A stretch of DNA of 64,000 nt from Chiloscyllium plagiosum (Eukaryota): assembly GCF_004010195.1 (NCBI RefSeq), contig NC_057752.1:3585639-3649638 (forward strand), in the 5' to 3' direction. The notes beneath the pieces are model-generated. The model ran no database searches, was not told the DNA's origin, and saw nothing but the letters and a program-made list of their open reading frames with translations. The position numbers and the translations under genes are program-made. Positions within the stretch are counted from its first letter, which is position 1; every line of letters begins with the position of its first letter. Below, piece after piece: positions 13,396-27,335 of this stretch.

Positions 13396-14264
13396 GACTT
13401 TCAATGTACCAACCTCATTCTCACAAAGCTCTCCGGCACAACTGACCCTCAAGCCAAGTGCTGTCCACAAACTCCATTTTATGCCTTCAGTTGCCCTTCC
13501 AACATTTTGAAACCATTCATTCTCAGGATGGGGGTGGGGAGTATCAGTGGCAAAGCATCATGAATTTCCCATCTCTAGTTGCCCTTCACAAGGTGACGGT
13601 GAGCCACGTTCTTGGACTATTGCGTCTGTGTGGTGTAGGTATATCTCCCATGGTTCGATAACAGAGTGGCTTGCTGGAACCATTTCAGAGTCAACCACAT
13701 TTCTGTTGAGATAGGTTTAGGGCACGATCAGGTAAGAAAAGCAGGTTTCCTTCCCCTGTACACCCAGTTGGATTTTGACAACAACCCAGTCGTTTCGTGG
13801 CCATTATGAACGGGATGAGCCTTTTATTCCAGATTTATTAATCAGTTGGGAAATGGACAATCAAGCTCAGATAACCCTGCAAGAGTGAGTAATCTCAAAA
13901 AAAAACTGAGTCCCGGGTGAAGCTACACGGCCTCTATGCACTGAAAAAAACACCAACAGTATTCCCCACAAGAGCGTGCAATCATGAAGGCAAAAGGAAT
14001 GGTGAAGGAAGTCTAATGTTGGTATGATGCCAGGCGATACATCCCGATGACTGGTGGCCTTAAACCCATCATGGGTTTGTGCGGTAGCTGTGTGCAAGCA
14101 ATCATCTGATCAGGCTCACCTTCATTATCATCATTGCTACACAGCAGTGCCAGAGTCCACATGCCAACCAATCAGCACTCTTCTCTTAAGCAGTATAAAA
14201 GTTGGTTTTCCCCTTACATTTGTATTTTTGTAAACTGCGAGACAAACAAAATACTCAAGTTATA

Positions 14265-14820
14265 GAGTCTTAGAGATGTACAGCACAGAGACAGACTCTG
14301 TTCCAACCCATCCATATATCCCTAAATTAAGGATTAGATTCCCTACAGTGTGGAAGCAGGCTCTTTTGCCCAACAAGTCCACACCGACCCTCTGAACAGC
14401 AGCCCACCCAGACCCATTCCCCCCTGACTAATGCACCTAACACTACAGGCAATTTAGCATGGCCAATTCACCTGACCTGCACATCATGGACTGTGGGAGG
14501 AAACCGGAGAACCCGGAGGAAACCCACGCAGACACGGGGAGGAGAATGTGCAAACTCCACACAGACAGTTGCCCAAGGCGGGAATTGAACTCAGGTTCCC
14601 AGCCCCGTGAGGCAGCAGTGCTAACCACTGAACTACCATGCCACCTTCTAGCCCCATTTGCCAGCACTTGGCCCATATCTCTATTTATATACCCGTCCAA
14701 ATGCCTTTTAAATGCTGTAACTGTACCAGCCTCCACCACTTCCTCTGGCAGCTCATTCCATACACGTACCACCCTCTGTGTGAAAAAGTTGCCCCTTAGG
14801 TCCCTTTTATACCTTTCTCA
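14265..14820 (-). mobile_element. HE1-like SINE (about 14332-14643) nested in a CR1 3' fragment
   Basis: Reverse-complement tRNA-like head (tggttagcactgctgcctcac...gttcaattccc), HE1 body and CR1 flanks. Confidence 0.85.
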
Positions 14821-16099
14821 AGTTCTCTGCCATCAAACTACTATCTTTCATTCTTTTCCTTTAATTGGTATGTGTGTGCAAGTTTCGAAGGGTATATATT
14901 TATTCTGTCATGTTTCAAACTGTTAATAAACTTTATTAAGTCTTGTGTTACAGTAAGTCAGTGGGTTCATTGTTTGGTGAAGAAATCTAGTTGGTGGATT
15001 CGCATTCTGAAACATTTAGATTGGTGTATGGCCATTATTTATAACCAGGTAAATCCCCTTTTTTTAAAACACGCTTTGTGGAATAATGGGACATTCCTCC
15101 TCTATCAGTTGTCACATGAGTATAAGAAGCACTTGTTCACTAAGTGCACACCTCTTCCCCCTAATGCTTTTGGATGGTGATAGAAACGCACAAAATATGA
15201 ACTGAATGAATTACTGACTTCATAGGAAAAGAACTGATAAAATGCTTTAATTTACAGTGAGGAGGTGGTGTAAAATGATTTGCAGTGTGCTACTGCTTGG
15301 CTGCTTCTTTTCTGCAATGTTTTTCTTCGTCGGAGTGTAAAGTGACTTACGTTTTCATCAACTGCGTGTGACAGCTGCTGGAATGATTCTGTCGCACACA
15401 GCCATACAGTTGTGGCTGGAGACAACATATCACTCTGACCCGTGAGTCAACAGCTCAATATTCATGGCCAAGTCTTCAGGACGGAAGGGCTCGTCCTGCT
15501 ACCTTGCCAAGTCTTCACTCCCACGGGACTGCAAGGATGGCATTCACGTATGCGTACATATTTCTCCAGACTCAATCTCAATCAGAGGAATCGCCCTTTT
15601 CAGGGGCGGGGTTCGGTTGGCTGGGTTGCAATGTCAAGGTCAACAGCGTCAAGGTTCCTGCCTTAGCTGAGGTCACCAAGCAGGTCCCCACCTCCTCAAC
15701 CCCTCCCTTCGCCTGAGGCATGTTGAGCCTCAGGTTAAACCACGAGCAATCGTTTCTATCTGGAATAGGAGAGCAGCCCGACGACGGCAACTTTACCTGT
15801 ACCTTACATTTCTTCGGAGTGAATAATGCTTGGAAGAAGTCAAACACCTCACCCTTATTCTCTCTCCTCCCCCACTGAGTCCTTTCCGGCGCATAGCTCC
15901 GTAGAAATCGAGCGTCCACCCACCCAATCATCTTTGTATAAAGAGCTTGAACAGCAAGCATAACCAATCCGTTCGGCCAGTCACTTATCACAGTAGACTC
16001 CATGACATTGACCCCAACCCTACCCTTCTATTTCTGGAACATTCTCAAGGTTAAAAGCAACCTTATGAGGACTAAGTGTTCCTTCAATTCCAGCCTCTT

Positions 16100-17220
16100 A
16101 GAACATGGATACATAGAGCAGTACAGCACAGGAACAGGTCCTTCAGCCCACCACGTCTGTGCTGACCGTGATTCCATTCGAGACTAATCCCACCTGCCTG
16201 CACATGGTCCATAGCCCCCTACTCCCTGCCCGCTCATGTGTCTGTCTGAATGCCATTTGAATGTGGCTATTGTATCTGCTTCTCCCACCTCCCCTGACAA
16301 TGCCCTCCAGGCACACATCACCCTCTCGGTGTCAAAACCTTGTCCCACACATCTCCTTTCAACTTTCCCTCTCACACCTTCAACCTATGGCCCTTGGTAT
16401 GTGGCATTTCCACCCTATCCACGCCTCTCCTAATTGTATAAACTTTTACCAGGTCGCCCCCTCAGCCTCTGAAGCTCTAGCAAAAACAATCCAAGTTTGT
16501 CCAACCCCTCCTGATGGCCAATACACTCCAATCCAGGCAACATCCTGGTAACCTCTTTCACACCCTCTCCAAAGCCACCATATCCTTCCGGCAGTGTGAC
16601 GACCAGAATTGCACACAATATTCCAAGTATGGCCTAACTCAAGTTTTATACAGCTGCAACATGACTTGCCAATTTTTATACTCTATGCCCCAATCAATGA
16701 TGGCAAGCATGCCATACACCTTCACTACCACCTTATCCACTTGAGTTGCCATTTTCAGGGAGCTCTGGACTTGCACTCAGAGATCCCATTGTATATCAAT
16801 GGGATTACAGTTGCCATGGACTGGCTGGAGCCAAGGGACTGTTTCTGTGCTGTATGACTCTATGACTCCTAAGGTTCTTGCCATTTACTGTATGCTTTCC
16901 TGTTGCATCTAAACTCCCAAAATGCGTCACCTTGTCCACATTAAACTCAATCTGCCATTTCTCTGCTCAGCTTTCCAACGGATCTGTATCCTGCTGTATC
17001 CTTTGACAACGTTCCTCACGACCCACAACTCCACGGATTTCCATGTCGTCTGCAAACTTTCCAGTCAGGCCACCTACATTTCCATCCAAATCATTTATAC
17101 ATATATTACGAACAGGTCCCAGCACTGACCCTGTGGAACACCACCAATCACAGAACAGGAGTCCAAAAAACAGCCCTCCATAACTACCCTCTGTCTTCTG
17201 TGAGCAAGCGAACTTACCAA
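16100..17220 (-). mobile_element. Older CR1 RT/3' fragment
   Basis: Degenerate CR1 3' motifs extending to the VPQGSVLGP region near 17115-17140. Confidence 0.8.
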
Positions 17221-18351
17221 CTTACTGTGGATCATATAGAACATAGAACAATACAGCACAGAACAGGCCTTTTAGCCCTCGATGTTGCGCCGGCCTGTGA
17301 ACTAATGTAAGCTCATCCCCCTATGCTATCTCATCATCATCCATGTGTTTATGTGATTTAATCTTCTGGACTAGCTCCCCCCCCCCCCCCCACCATGAGT
17401 GACCTTGTCAAATGCTTTTGTGCATTCTCCAAATATTATCATTCTCCAACTAGGAACGGTGTCTTCAGTTGTCTGAGCTCTCAGCTTCCCCACATGTCTT
17501 TCCCTCGCTCTCCTCTTTGAGTTTGGGGTGACCCATTCTCATATCTTTGGTTCAGTGCCAATTTTCATGCAGCTGCCTTACTTTACTAAAAAGTGTGTTA
17601 AAAATGGATATCGCAATACATAAGCACCAACGACCCCTCCCCCCAAAAATAATTCACTGCTCAAGGATCATGCGTGGGAACCACGGACAATTTTCACCCC
17701 CTTTATTTGACACCCAACCACATCACCTCGGTTGCCATTCTGATCGGACAGTTAGCTCTGCAACAGGAGAGCAGGGTCAGTGCCTCATTTGGATGACTCA
17801 ATTCCATTGTGCATTCTGCTTTACAAACTCGTCCATCAATTGCTTGTTGGAAAAACCTGGTTTAATAGGTAGGTTTCCCTCACTATATCTTTCGCTATCC
17901 ATCAGCAATCCCCTTGAAACAGTAGGAGACAACCAAACACTGTACTAGCTGAAGAGGTAACCCCTCATTTAACTCGATAGCTTTGACTGCATATCATACC
18001 ATTTGGCAACATTTTAAAATTGAAATTTCAAGTCAAGAACTAAAGTGCACTCATCCAAAAATTATCATCTGGTACAGGGTTTACTCTAAGGTGAAGAATT
18101 TAATTCAGAGAAATGTGAAAAAATATCAGCCTGGCTTGTTCTTATATTGTTGCTCATTTATCAGCTCAGCACTACAATGGCGTTCAGCTGCTTAACAGCT
18201 GGGTTCTAAACACATATCACGCTTGTCATTTCATACAGTCTTCCAACAGTTTACCACATCAGGGTCAATGCACCCAACATACCCATGGAACAGTCACAAT
18301 GATAGCCTCAGAGAAGTACAAGATATTGCTTAGAAGTTGAAGCTTATTGAT

Positions 18352-18640
18352 GAGATTCCCTACAGTGTGGAAACAGGCTCTGTGGCTCAACAGGTCCACA
18401 CCGACCCTCCAAAGAGTAACCCACCCAGACCCATTTCCCCCTGACTAATACACGTAACACTTATGGGCAACTTAACTTGGCCAATTCACCTAACCTGCAT
18501 GTCTTTGAACTATGGGAGGAAACCCACACAGACCCAGGGAGAACATGCAAACTCTACACAGACAGTCGCCCAAGGCTGGGATCAAACCCGGGTCCCCGGC
18601 ACTGTGAGGCAGCAGGGCTAACCACTGAGCCACCGTGCCA
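18352..18640 (-). mobile_element. HE1-like SINE
   Basis: Same head and body as 19896-20208. Confidence 0.85.
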
Positions 18641-18770
18641 CCCCTTGGCTTGTACTCATCAAAACGATGACATGGCAAACAGACTTGGGGGAAAAAAAAG
18701 AGATAACAGTCAAAAATTAAGGAAAAACAGAAATTGCTGGAGAAACTCAGTCGGCCAGCCATCATCTGTG

Positions 18771-18807
<37 letters not shown>

Positions 18808-18989
18808 TTAATGTTTCAAGTTTGACACAACTCTTTGTTTGAATTGAAAGGGGTGGCTTTTGTAGACAGAGGCAGAGGAGGACTGAGTGCAACAGATTAT
18901 GAGGGGGCCCAGAGCAAAAGGCAAGGTGTGAATGGCAGTGAAGGAGTGATTGAGATATAAACAGGGTGTTAATGAGACGTGCGAAAAGA

Positions 18990-19650
18990 AGAAGACTGTA
19001 GATTGTTCTGGAGGGTGGTAAAGAAGGCATATGGGCATGCTTGCCTTTATTGGTCGGGAAACTGGGTACATGAGCATGGATGCCATGTTGCAGCTTTATA
19101 AGACTTTGATTAGGCTGCTCTTGTGTTCAATTCTGATCACTACATGACAGGAAGGATGTGGAGGCTTTGGAGAGGGTACAGAAGAGGTTTACCAGGATGC
19201 TGCCTGGATTAGAGGGTATGGGCTACAAGGGGAGGCTAGAAAAACTCGGGTCGTTTTCTCTGGAGCGACGGAAGGTGAGGGGACACCTGATAGAAGGCTA
19301 TAAAATTATGGGATGCGTAGATAGCATTGACGGTCAGAATCTTTTCCCCAGAGTTGAAATGTCAAATTCTAGGGGCCACGCATTTAAGGTGGGACGGGGA
19401 AAGATCAAAGGAGATGTGAGGGGCAAGGATTTTGTACAGAGAGTGGTCAGAGTGTGGAACGTGCTGCCAGAGTGGTGCTGGGGGCAGATATGATTGGGGC
19501 GTTTAAGGGACTTTTAGATATGTGCATGAATATGCAAGGAATAGAGGGATATGGACCAAGGGCAGACAGAAGGGATCAGTTTAATTTGGTGTCAGGCTCG
19601 GTACAATATTGTGGGCTAAGAGCCTGCTCCTGTGCTGCGTTGTTCTATGT
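18990..19650 (+). mobile_element. CR1 3' fragment
   Basis: ORF 19158-19493 ALERVQKRFTRMLPGL. Confidence 0.9.
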
Positions 19651-19707
19651 TCTAAATTTATCTTGGTCCCCCCCTCATTCTTCTAAATTCCAATGAGTAT
19701 AATCCCA

Positions 19708-19859
19708 TTTTAGATTAGAGTGGTCCCAGTGAAGGGTTTTTGCCTGAAACGTTGATTCTCCTGCTCCTCGGATGCTGCCTGACCTGCTGTGCTTTTCCAG
19801 CACCGCTCTAATCTTGACTCTAAACTCCAGCATCTGCAGTCCCCACTTTCGCCCGGTTG
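19708..19859. mobile_element. Penelope-derived mini-element, 9-bp TSD, inside a CR1 fragment
   Basis: ataatccca at 19699-19707 and 19860-19868. Short inverted arm agattagagtggt/accgctctaatct. Confidence 0.7.
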
Positions 19860-19895
19860 ATAATCCCAGTCTACTCAATCTCTCCTCATAGAAGG

Positions 19896-20208
19896 TGGGC
19901 AGCACGGTGGCACAGTGGTTAGCACTGCTGCCTCACAGCGCCAGCAGACCCGGGTTCAATTCCCGCCTCAGGCGACTGACTGTGTGGAGTTTGCACGTTC
20001 TCCCCGTGTCTGCGTGGGTTTCCTCCGGGTGCTCCGGTTTCCTCCCACAGTCCAAAGATGTGCAGGTCAGGTGAATTGGCCATGCTAAATTGCCCGTAGT
20101 GTTAGGTAAGGGATACATGTAGGGGTATGGGTGGGTTGCGCTTCGGCGGGGCGGTGTGGACTTGTTGGGCCGAAGGGCCTGTTTCCACACTGTAAGTAAT
20201 CTAATCTA
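19896..20208 (+). mobile_element. HE1-like tRNA-derived SINE, near full length
   Basis: A-box tggcacagtgg, B-box ggttcaattcc, CR1-like 3' end gggccgaagggcctgtttcc and a (taatc)n tail. Confidence 0.92.
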
Positions 20209-22139
20209 ATTGAAAGAATCAACCGAGTGAACCTCCTGTGCAGCCCCCCCAGTGCCGGTACATCCTGTCCCAAGTCAGGGGATCAAAACTGCCCACGGTC
20301 CGGCAGGACACAATCCGCAATTAGATTGATGAGGCTGCTCAGAAATGAGGGATTGGGATGAATGTGTCTCGCCTTTAAAAGTGTTGGAAATGGGTCGTGC
20401 CCAGATGGATCCGTTTTCAAACTGAACAAGGAGTGTGCAGATTATTCGCAGCTACCTCCCCAGGCCAAGTTTTGCCTCAAGGAGTTGGCTTTCTGTTCCT
20501 CTGCGCCGTGGCTGGGTTCATTTTCATCAAGGGAGCGGAGGCAGACCCACCACAAGAAGTCGTGCGGTGAAAGCCGTCAGTTGGCACAGTGCTTTTTGAA
20601 AGGGTTTTAAATTCAGTCTGCATCGGGAGGACGAAACAGCGAGAAAGTAATTTAAAATGGAAGAATTGCGACAGTGTGGTGACTCACACAATCTCACGAG
20701 CCAAAAGAGAGATAAAGGATACAGTTGGGCTGTAAGCTGCTTATCAATGGGAGGTTGGTCTCACAGATACATTGGGAACAAAGGTTTTTCACTGTGATTC
20801 TCTGCAGCGCAAAAGTAGGGATACAAGCAATATGCTGGGAGCCTGACCATGAATGTGGCCCTCTCCAGCCAAGCACGATACAATTAGCAGCATCTGGCCA
20901 ATTCAGCCAAGTTTAGATAAGCCCCCAATATGAAATTGCCTAATTATTCAACAGAGTCACTTCAATTAACTCTTGGCTGCAAATGGAATGCTTGCTTCAA
21001 GACTCACATTCAGGCCGTCTCCTCATCATTTGGTGCTCCCAGCTTGTGATGTTTCCCACCAGAGGCACTGGCAAGGCGTCACGCCCCTGAAATAATCGAA
21101 CATCGGAATGGATCAGGGGAACGAGTCCTGGGATTGGAATTTGCTGAGGGTTCCCCCAAGTGTGCCATGGGAGCCGCAAACCCTCCCCTGTCCCGGAGGT
21201 CCAGCCCATCAGCAAACAGTGGAAGCAGTTCGGGGGACAGTTCCTTCTGGGAGATGGGTGTGACTGCCCCTGAAAGGCCCATGGGGAGTGACCCATCAAT
21301 CTCTCCGTTATGTGAGTTCCCTTGGTAACAGGCCTGCCCAGCCGGAACTCACCACCTGAGCCCTTGGCTGGGACCAGTGTTGCAATAGATAATGCATCAG
21401 ACTACGTGTCAGAAGATTGGAGGTTCAACTCCCGCCTGGCTCGAGGGCAGTTTACAACATGTACGGGTCCTTTTGTGGGAGTGTCCTGACCATTGGACCA
21501 GGAGGCCTGGGTTCAAGTCCCACCCGCTCCAGAGGTGTGTAATAACATTTCTGAACAGGTTGATTCGCAAAATAGATTAATAAAAAACCTCCCTTCCAAC
21601 TCCATTTTGATTTTGTCCCTTCCCTCTCTCCCTACACCTCCTCACCTCCAATGGCTTGCACAGCCTATAATGGCCTTGCTTATAAATATGCAGCTAGTGA
21701 CATGGGTGATCTACTGGAGGTGCTTCACAGTTTATAAAAACTGTCACGGTGATTTGCTTGTGGGAAAGCCATTCGGTTGTGTGTGAGATCACTTCCGGAT
21801 ATTAAAACAACAGGGAAGGAAAAAACAACGCAGGCCCAGGGATCCATCTGTAGAACTGTCTGTCCCAGGCAGGGCCTAACCTAACCGCGAGTTACGGCTG
21901 GATTTTGCTGTTCAGCAATAAATGATGCTCCTTCCTCGTCGGGTTTCCCAAGTTATCACACGCTCCCAAGATGTGGATCTCACTGGCCAGGCCAACATTC
22001 ATTGCCTATCTTTAATTGCCCTTGTGATGACACAATCTCAGTTTGGTCCACCTGAGTGACTTGTTTGGCCATTTCTGAGGGCAGCTAAGAGTTAGCCACA
22101 TTGTTGTGGGTCTGGGGTCACATGTATCATAGAAGAATC

Positions 22140-22905
22140 AGAGAATCCGTATAGTGTGGGAGCAGACCATTCAGCCCATCACATCCCACCCAGACCCACC
22201 CCACAACCCTATCCCTGTAACCCTGCATCTGTCATGGCTGACCCACCTAGTCTGGACATCCCTGGGCACGATGGGACAACTTCCCATGGCCAATCCACTC
22301 TAACCTGCACATAGAACATAAAACATGGAAAAGTACAGCACAGAACAGGCCCATGATGTTGTGCCGAGGTTTAATCCTAATGTAAAATATAATAACCTAC
22401 GCATCCCTCAACTCACTGCTATCCATGTGCATGTCCAGCAGTCGCTTAAATGTCCCCAATGACTCTGCTTCCACCACCACAGCTGGCAACGCATTCCATG
22501 CATTCACCACTCTCTGCGTAAAGAACCTTCCTCTGATGTCCCCTCTATACCTTCCTCCTAATATCTTCAAACTATGACTCCTCGTGCCAGTCAGTCCTGC
22601 CCTGGGGAAAAGTCTCTGGTTATTGACTCTATCCATGCCTCTCATTATTTTGTACACCTCGACCAGGTCTCCTCTCTTCCTCTTTCTCTGCAGAGAGAAA
22701 AGTCCGCGCTTATTCAACCTTTCTTCATAAGGTAAGCCCTCCAGTCCAGGCTGCATCTTTGGACTGTGGGAGGAAACTGGAGCACCTGGAGCAAATGCAC
22801 ACAGAGAGAACATGCAAACTCCACACAGACAGTCGCCTGAGACTGGAATCAAACCCAGGTCCCTGGCGCTCTGAGGTAGCAGAGCTAACCACTGAGTCAC
22901 CATTT
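22140..22905 (-). mobile_element. HE1-like SINE interrupted by a young CR1 3' fragment (about 22311-22757)
   Basis: SINE halves flank a CR1 piece nearly identical to 55588-56199. Confidence 0.85.
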
Positions 22906-23467
22906 GGCTTATCAGGCCCAAATTGGCTCTCTGCAAGAGAAATTCAACTCTCCTGACAAAACTGCCCTTTCCTTGGAACCCTGTACACGGGCTTCCCTTC
23001 AAGAAATGATCTAATTCCCTTTTTTGCAAATCACAACTGAATCTAGCTTCACCACTGTCTCAGACAGCACATTCCATATCCTAATCAGTCTAGACATAAA
23101 GATGGTTTCCATGTTGGCCAGACTGGGTAAGGATGGCAAATTGGTATTCTTAAAGGATATGAGAGAACCAAATGCATTCTGACAACAGTCTGGGAGCTTT
23201 GTGGTCACCATAGCTGATAGCTTAGGAATTCCAATTTCATTAAAATGTCACTGAACATAAATTTCTTCATCTGCTGTGGAGGGATTTGAACTTATGTATC
23301 CAAATCACAAGCACAGGCTTGTGAATTACTAGTCTAGTAACATAACTGCAACACTACCAACTCTGCACTCTATAGTGTTGCAAACTGTTTTTCCAGTATT
23401 CTCTGTGGAGACTTGCTCTCACCTGATTTCATTATCTTTCCAATCACTAACAATGGCTTCTCTTATA

Positions 23468-24190
23468 GAGTCACAGAGTCACAGAGTCACAGGGAAAACA
23501 GACCCTTCAGTCCAACCCGTCCATGCCAACCAGATATCCCAACCCAATCTAGTCCCACCTGCCAGCACCCAGCCCATATCCCTCCAAACCCTTCCTATTC
23601 ATATACCCATCCAAATGCCGCTTAAATGTTGCAATTGTACCAGCCTCCACCACTTCCTCTGGCAGCTCATTCCATACACGTACCACCCTCTATGTGAAAA
23701 AGTTGCCCCTTAGGTCCCTTTTATATCTTTCCTCTCTCACCTTAACTTTTGCCCTCTAGTTCTGGGCTCCCGCACCCAGGGAAAAGACTTTGTCTATTTA
23801 CCCTATCCATGCCCCTCATAATTTTGTAAACCTCTATAAGGTCACCCCTCAGCCTCCAACGCTCCAGGGAAAACAGCCCCAGCCTGTTCAGCCTCTCCGT
23901 ATAGCTCAAATCCTCCAACCCTGGCAACATCCTTAAAGTCTTTTCTGAACCTTTTCAGGTTTCACAACATCTTTCCAATAGGAAGGAGACCAGAATTGCA
24001 CGCAATATTCCAAAAGTGGCCCAACCAATGTCCTGTACAGCCGCAACATGACCTCCCAACTCCTGTACTCAATACTCTGACCAATAAAGGAAAGCATACC
24101 AAACGCCTTCTTCACTATCCTATCTACCTGCCACTCCACTTTCAAGGAGCTATGAACCTGCACTCCAAGGTCTCTTTGTTCAGCAACACT
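23468..24190 (-). mobile_element. CR1 3' fragment
   Basis: ORFs 23742-23930 and 23933-24211 (RDLGVQVH...LEYCVQFWSP). Confidence 0.92.
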
Positions 24191-24669
24191 CGCTCTCCAT
24201 GTTATATTCAATGCTCCATAAATCTGAAGTCATCCAAAACACTGCTGCCCACGTTGGAACGGACACTGAGTTCTGTTCACCCAGTACCACCAGCATGTTT
24301 GTCGACCTCCTGCTGCCAGTGCCTTGATTTTAAGATGCCCAATCGTGATTTCACATTCCTCTCCCTCTCTCTATAATCCTCGCCAACTTTGCAACTCTCC
24401 GAAATATCAGCGCTCTTCCAATCCCGGAATGTTGCTCATTGCTCCACAGTTGGGGCCTCTCGACATCACTTTTCTGCTTTAAAACATTCATTCGAAACCA
24501 AGCCGCTGCTCACCTACAGCAATATCTCCTGATACAGGATCAGCAACACCAAATGGACAGCTGCAGTTTAAGAACCACACTCTGTCAAGGGGCATTTAGA
24601 GATGGGGAATAAATGGGTCAGCCAGCGATGCAAACTTTGCATTAATGGATAAAAATGTGGCTTATTGTC

Positions 24670-25360
24670 ATAGAGTCATGCAGTGCATGACTCATCAGTC
24701 CCATCAGTCCGACTCGTCCATTCCAACCACGTCTCCTAAACTAAACTAATCCCATCTTCCTGCTTGAAATAACTGCACAGAGCCTGGTATCCTGTTGCCA
24801 ACTCACCCTTTGTATACACGTGGACAGTATATGGGCTCTGACCAGACAACTCCCTCGACTGAGGAGCCCCTTCTGAATCTCCTGTTTCTATCTGTCAGCC
24901 AGGGCTCCCTGATTGGCCCAGGTTCACAGCCCCAATCAGGGATCTCCGTCAATCACTGCACTGCATTTGGCCCATATCCCTCTCAACGTTTCCTATTCAT
25001 GTACCTGTCCAAATGTCTTTTAAGTGTTCTAAATGCATCCGCATCTACCACTTCCTTGGACAAATCATTCCACACACAAGCCACCCTCTATGTGAAAACA
25101 TTGCCCCTTGGGTCCCTTATAAATCTTTCCCCCTCATCTTAAAAATATGCCCTCTAGTTTTGAACTCCCCTACCCTTGGGATAAGGCCGTTGCTATACCC
25201 TTCATGATCTTATAAACCTCTCTAAGGTCACCGCTCAACTTCCTGTGCTCCAGTGAAAAATGTTCCGGCTTCTCCTTATAACGCAAACTCTCCAGTCTTG
25301 GTAATGTCCTTGCAAATCTTTTCTGCACCCCCATCCAATTTATCATATCCTTCCTATAGA
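24670..25360 (-). mobile_element. CR1 3' fragment carrying short LTR-like repeat copy 3 (about 24763-24960)
   Basis: The CR1 tail is interrupted between cctgc and atttggcccatatccc by a sequence shared with 6726-6939. Confidence 0.75.
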
Positions 25361-25749
25361 TAATGCCCCTATGAATCATCTGAGGATCTGTGTGGAACCA
25401 AAGCATGGCATCTAGGCTGATGTGTTACGGAAGGACAGAGAGAGTGCTGCACTGTTGGAGGTCCCTTGCAGATCGGACAAGAAATCAAGGGGCTATTTAC
25501 CAGTTCTGGTGCTTGTCCAGGATCTCACAGCAGGAACCAAGGCGGTTCACTACTTGTCCGAGCCAACATTGCTCACTCAACTGACATTGGATCAGAAATT
25601 AAGCAGTCACTTCTCCCTCGCGAATCTTGTGTACAAAACAGCAGGGTTTTTTTGTCTACAAAACAATCACTGCGTCTTCAAAGTAAATGAAACAATCCGA
25701 GATGCTTTGCGATAACTGGGCCGATTGGCCAGGGTTAGGTCATCATGTG

Positions 25750-26350
25750 ACATAGAGTCATACAGCACAGAAACAGACCCTTCGGCCCAACACCGTCCAT
25801 GTCGATCGACCATAATCGCAAACTAACCTATTCCCACCTGCCTGCTCCTGGCCCATATCCCACCAAAGCTTTCCTATTCATGTCCTTATCCAAGTACCGC
25901 TTAAACATTGTAACTATACCTGCATTCGCCACTTCCTCAGGACGATCATTCCACACTCTCTGTGTAAAACAGCTGCCTCTATGTCTTTTTAAAATCTTTC
26001 TCCTCTCACCTTAAAACTATGCCCCCGAGTCTTGAAATCCCCCATCCTAGGGAAAAGACACCTGCCAATCACCTTATCTATACCCCTCATGATTTTATAA
26101 ATTTCTATAATGTCACCCCTCAGTCTCCAACGCTCCAGGGAAAAAAGTCCCAGCCTATCCAGCCTCTCCTTCTAACTCAAGCCTCCCATACCTGGCAACA
26201 TCCTGGTAAATCTCTTCTGAACCCTTAATAATATCCTTCCTGTAACAGGGCGACCAGACCTGGACACAGTATTCCAGAAGAGGCCTCAACTCCGATACCC
26301 AGAGGTCTGAGCAATGAAGGCAAGGATGCTAAACATCTTCTGAGCCACCC
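25750..26350 (-). mobile_element. CR1 3' fragment
   Basis: catagagtcatacagcac tail plus CR1 3' motifs. Confidence 0.85.
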
Positions 26351-26871
26351 ATTTCACCATGACATTTGTTGTGAACAAATACACAATTCTATTTGCCATA
26401 ATGCCAACCTCGACTGAGATTTACATTGTCATTTCCCTCCTGTGGTGCATGGAACAAATAGCCCCTCAATCATAGAATCCCTACAGTGTGGAAGAAGGCC
26501 ATTTGCCATTCGAGTCAGTACCGACCCTCTGAAGAGCACCCCAACTCTCCCTCCAACTCTATTTTGATTTAATCCCTGCCCTCCCCTTCACGTTTTTGAT
26601 CATGCAGCACTGCCCTTTGTTGAGAAGGGCACTGCTTGTCACTGACCACTTGGGTGTTTCGTTACTTCCTGGTGGTGGAATATAAATAAAGATTTACGCA
26701 CTTGCTGTTTTTCACTGTGTCCGACACCTGCACACACACGACATGGGTGCCCGGGGAAAAAGAAGTGTGGGGAAAATGAAAGGAAAGAACATCCCAACCA
26801 GACCCACCCCAGTAGCCCAGCATTTCCCATGGTTAATCCACCTAGCCATCTTTGGAGTGTGGGAGAAAACA

Positions 26872-26916
26872 GGGTAAAAACAATGACTGCAGATGCTGGA
26901 AACCACTAATCCAGAA
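26872..26916. mobile_element. 45-bp Penelope-end insertion in an HE1-like SINE, 14-bp TSD
   Basis: tgtgggagaaaaca at 26858-26871 and 26917-26930 flank gggtaaaaacaatgactgcagatgctggaaaccactaatccagaa. Confidence 0.75.
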
Positions 26917-27021
26917 TGTGGGAGAAAACACCACACAGACAGTCGCCTGAGGGTAGGATTGAACCCAGGTGCTATGAGGCAGCAGTGCTAACCACTGAGC
27001 CACCGTGTCACATTTTCAATA

Positions 27022-27335
27022 ATTAGATTAGATTACTTACAGTGTGGAAACAGGCCCTTCGGCCCAACAAGTCCAGACCAACCCGCCGAAGCGTAACCCA
27101 CCCATTCCCGTACATTTACCCCTTTACCTAACACTACGGGCAATTTAGCGTGGCCAATTCACCTAACCTGCACATCTTTGGACTGTGGAAGGAAACCGGA
27201 GCACCCGGAAGAAACCCACGCAGACACAGGGAGAACGTGCAAACTCCACACAGTCAGTCGCCTGAGTCGGGAATTGAACCCGGGTCTCTGGCGCTGTGAG
27301 GCAGCAGTGCTAACCACTGTGCCACCGTGCCGCCC
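27022..27335 (-). mobile_element. HE1-like SINE, near full length
   Basis: Close reverse complement of 19896-20208. Confidence 0.92.

Noticed and set aside
19896..19970. tRNA gene
   Set aside because: A/B boxes continue into a SINE body repeated many times, and there is no complete cloverleaf.
22397..23029. 210-aa ORF
   Set aside because: Chance read-through of a SINE into a CR1 3' fragment.
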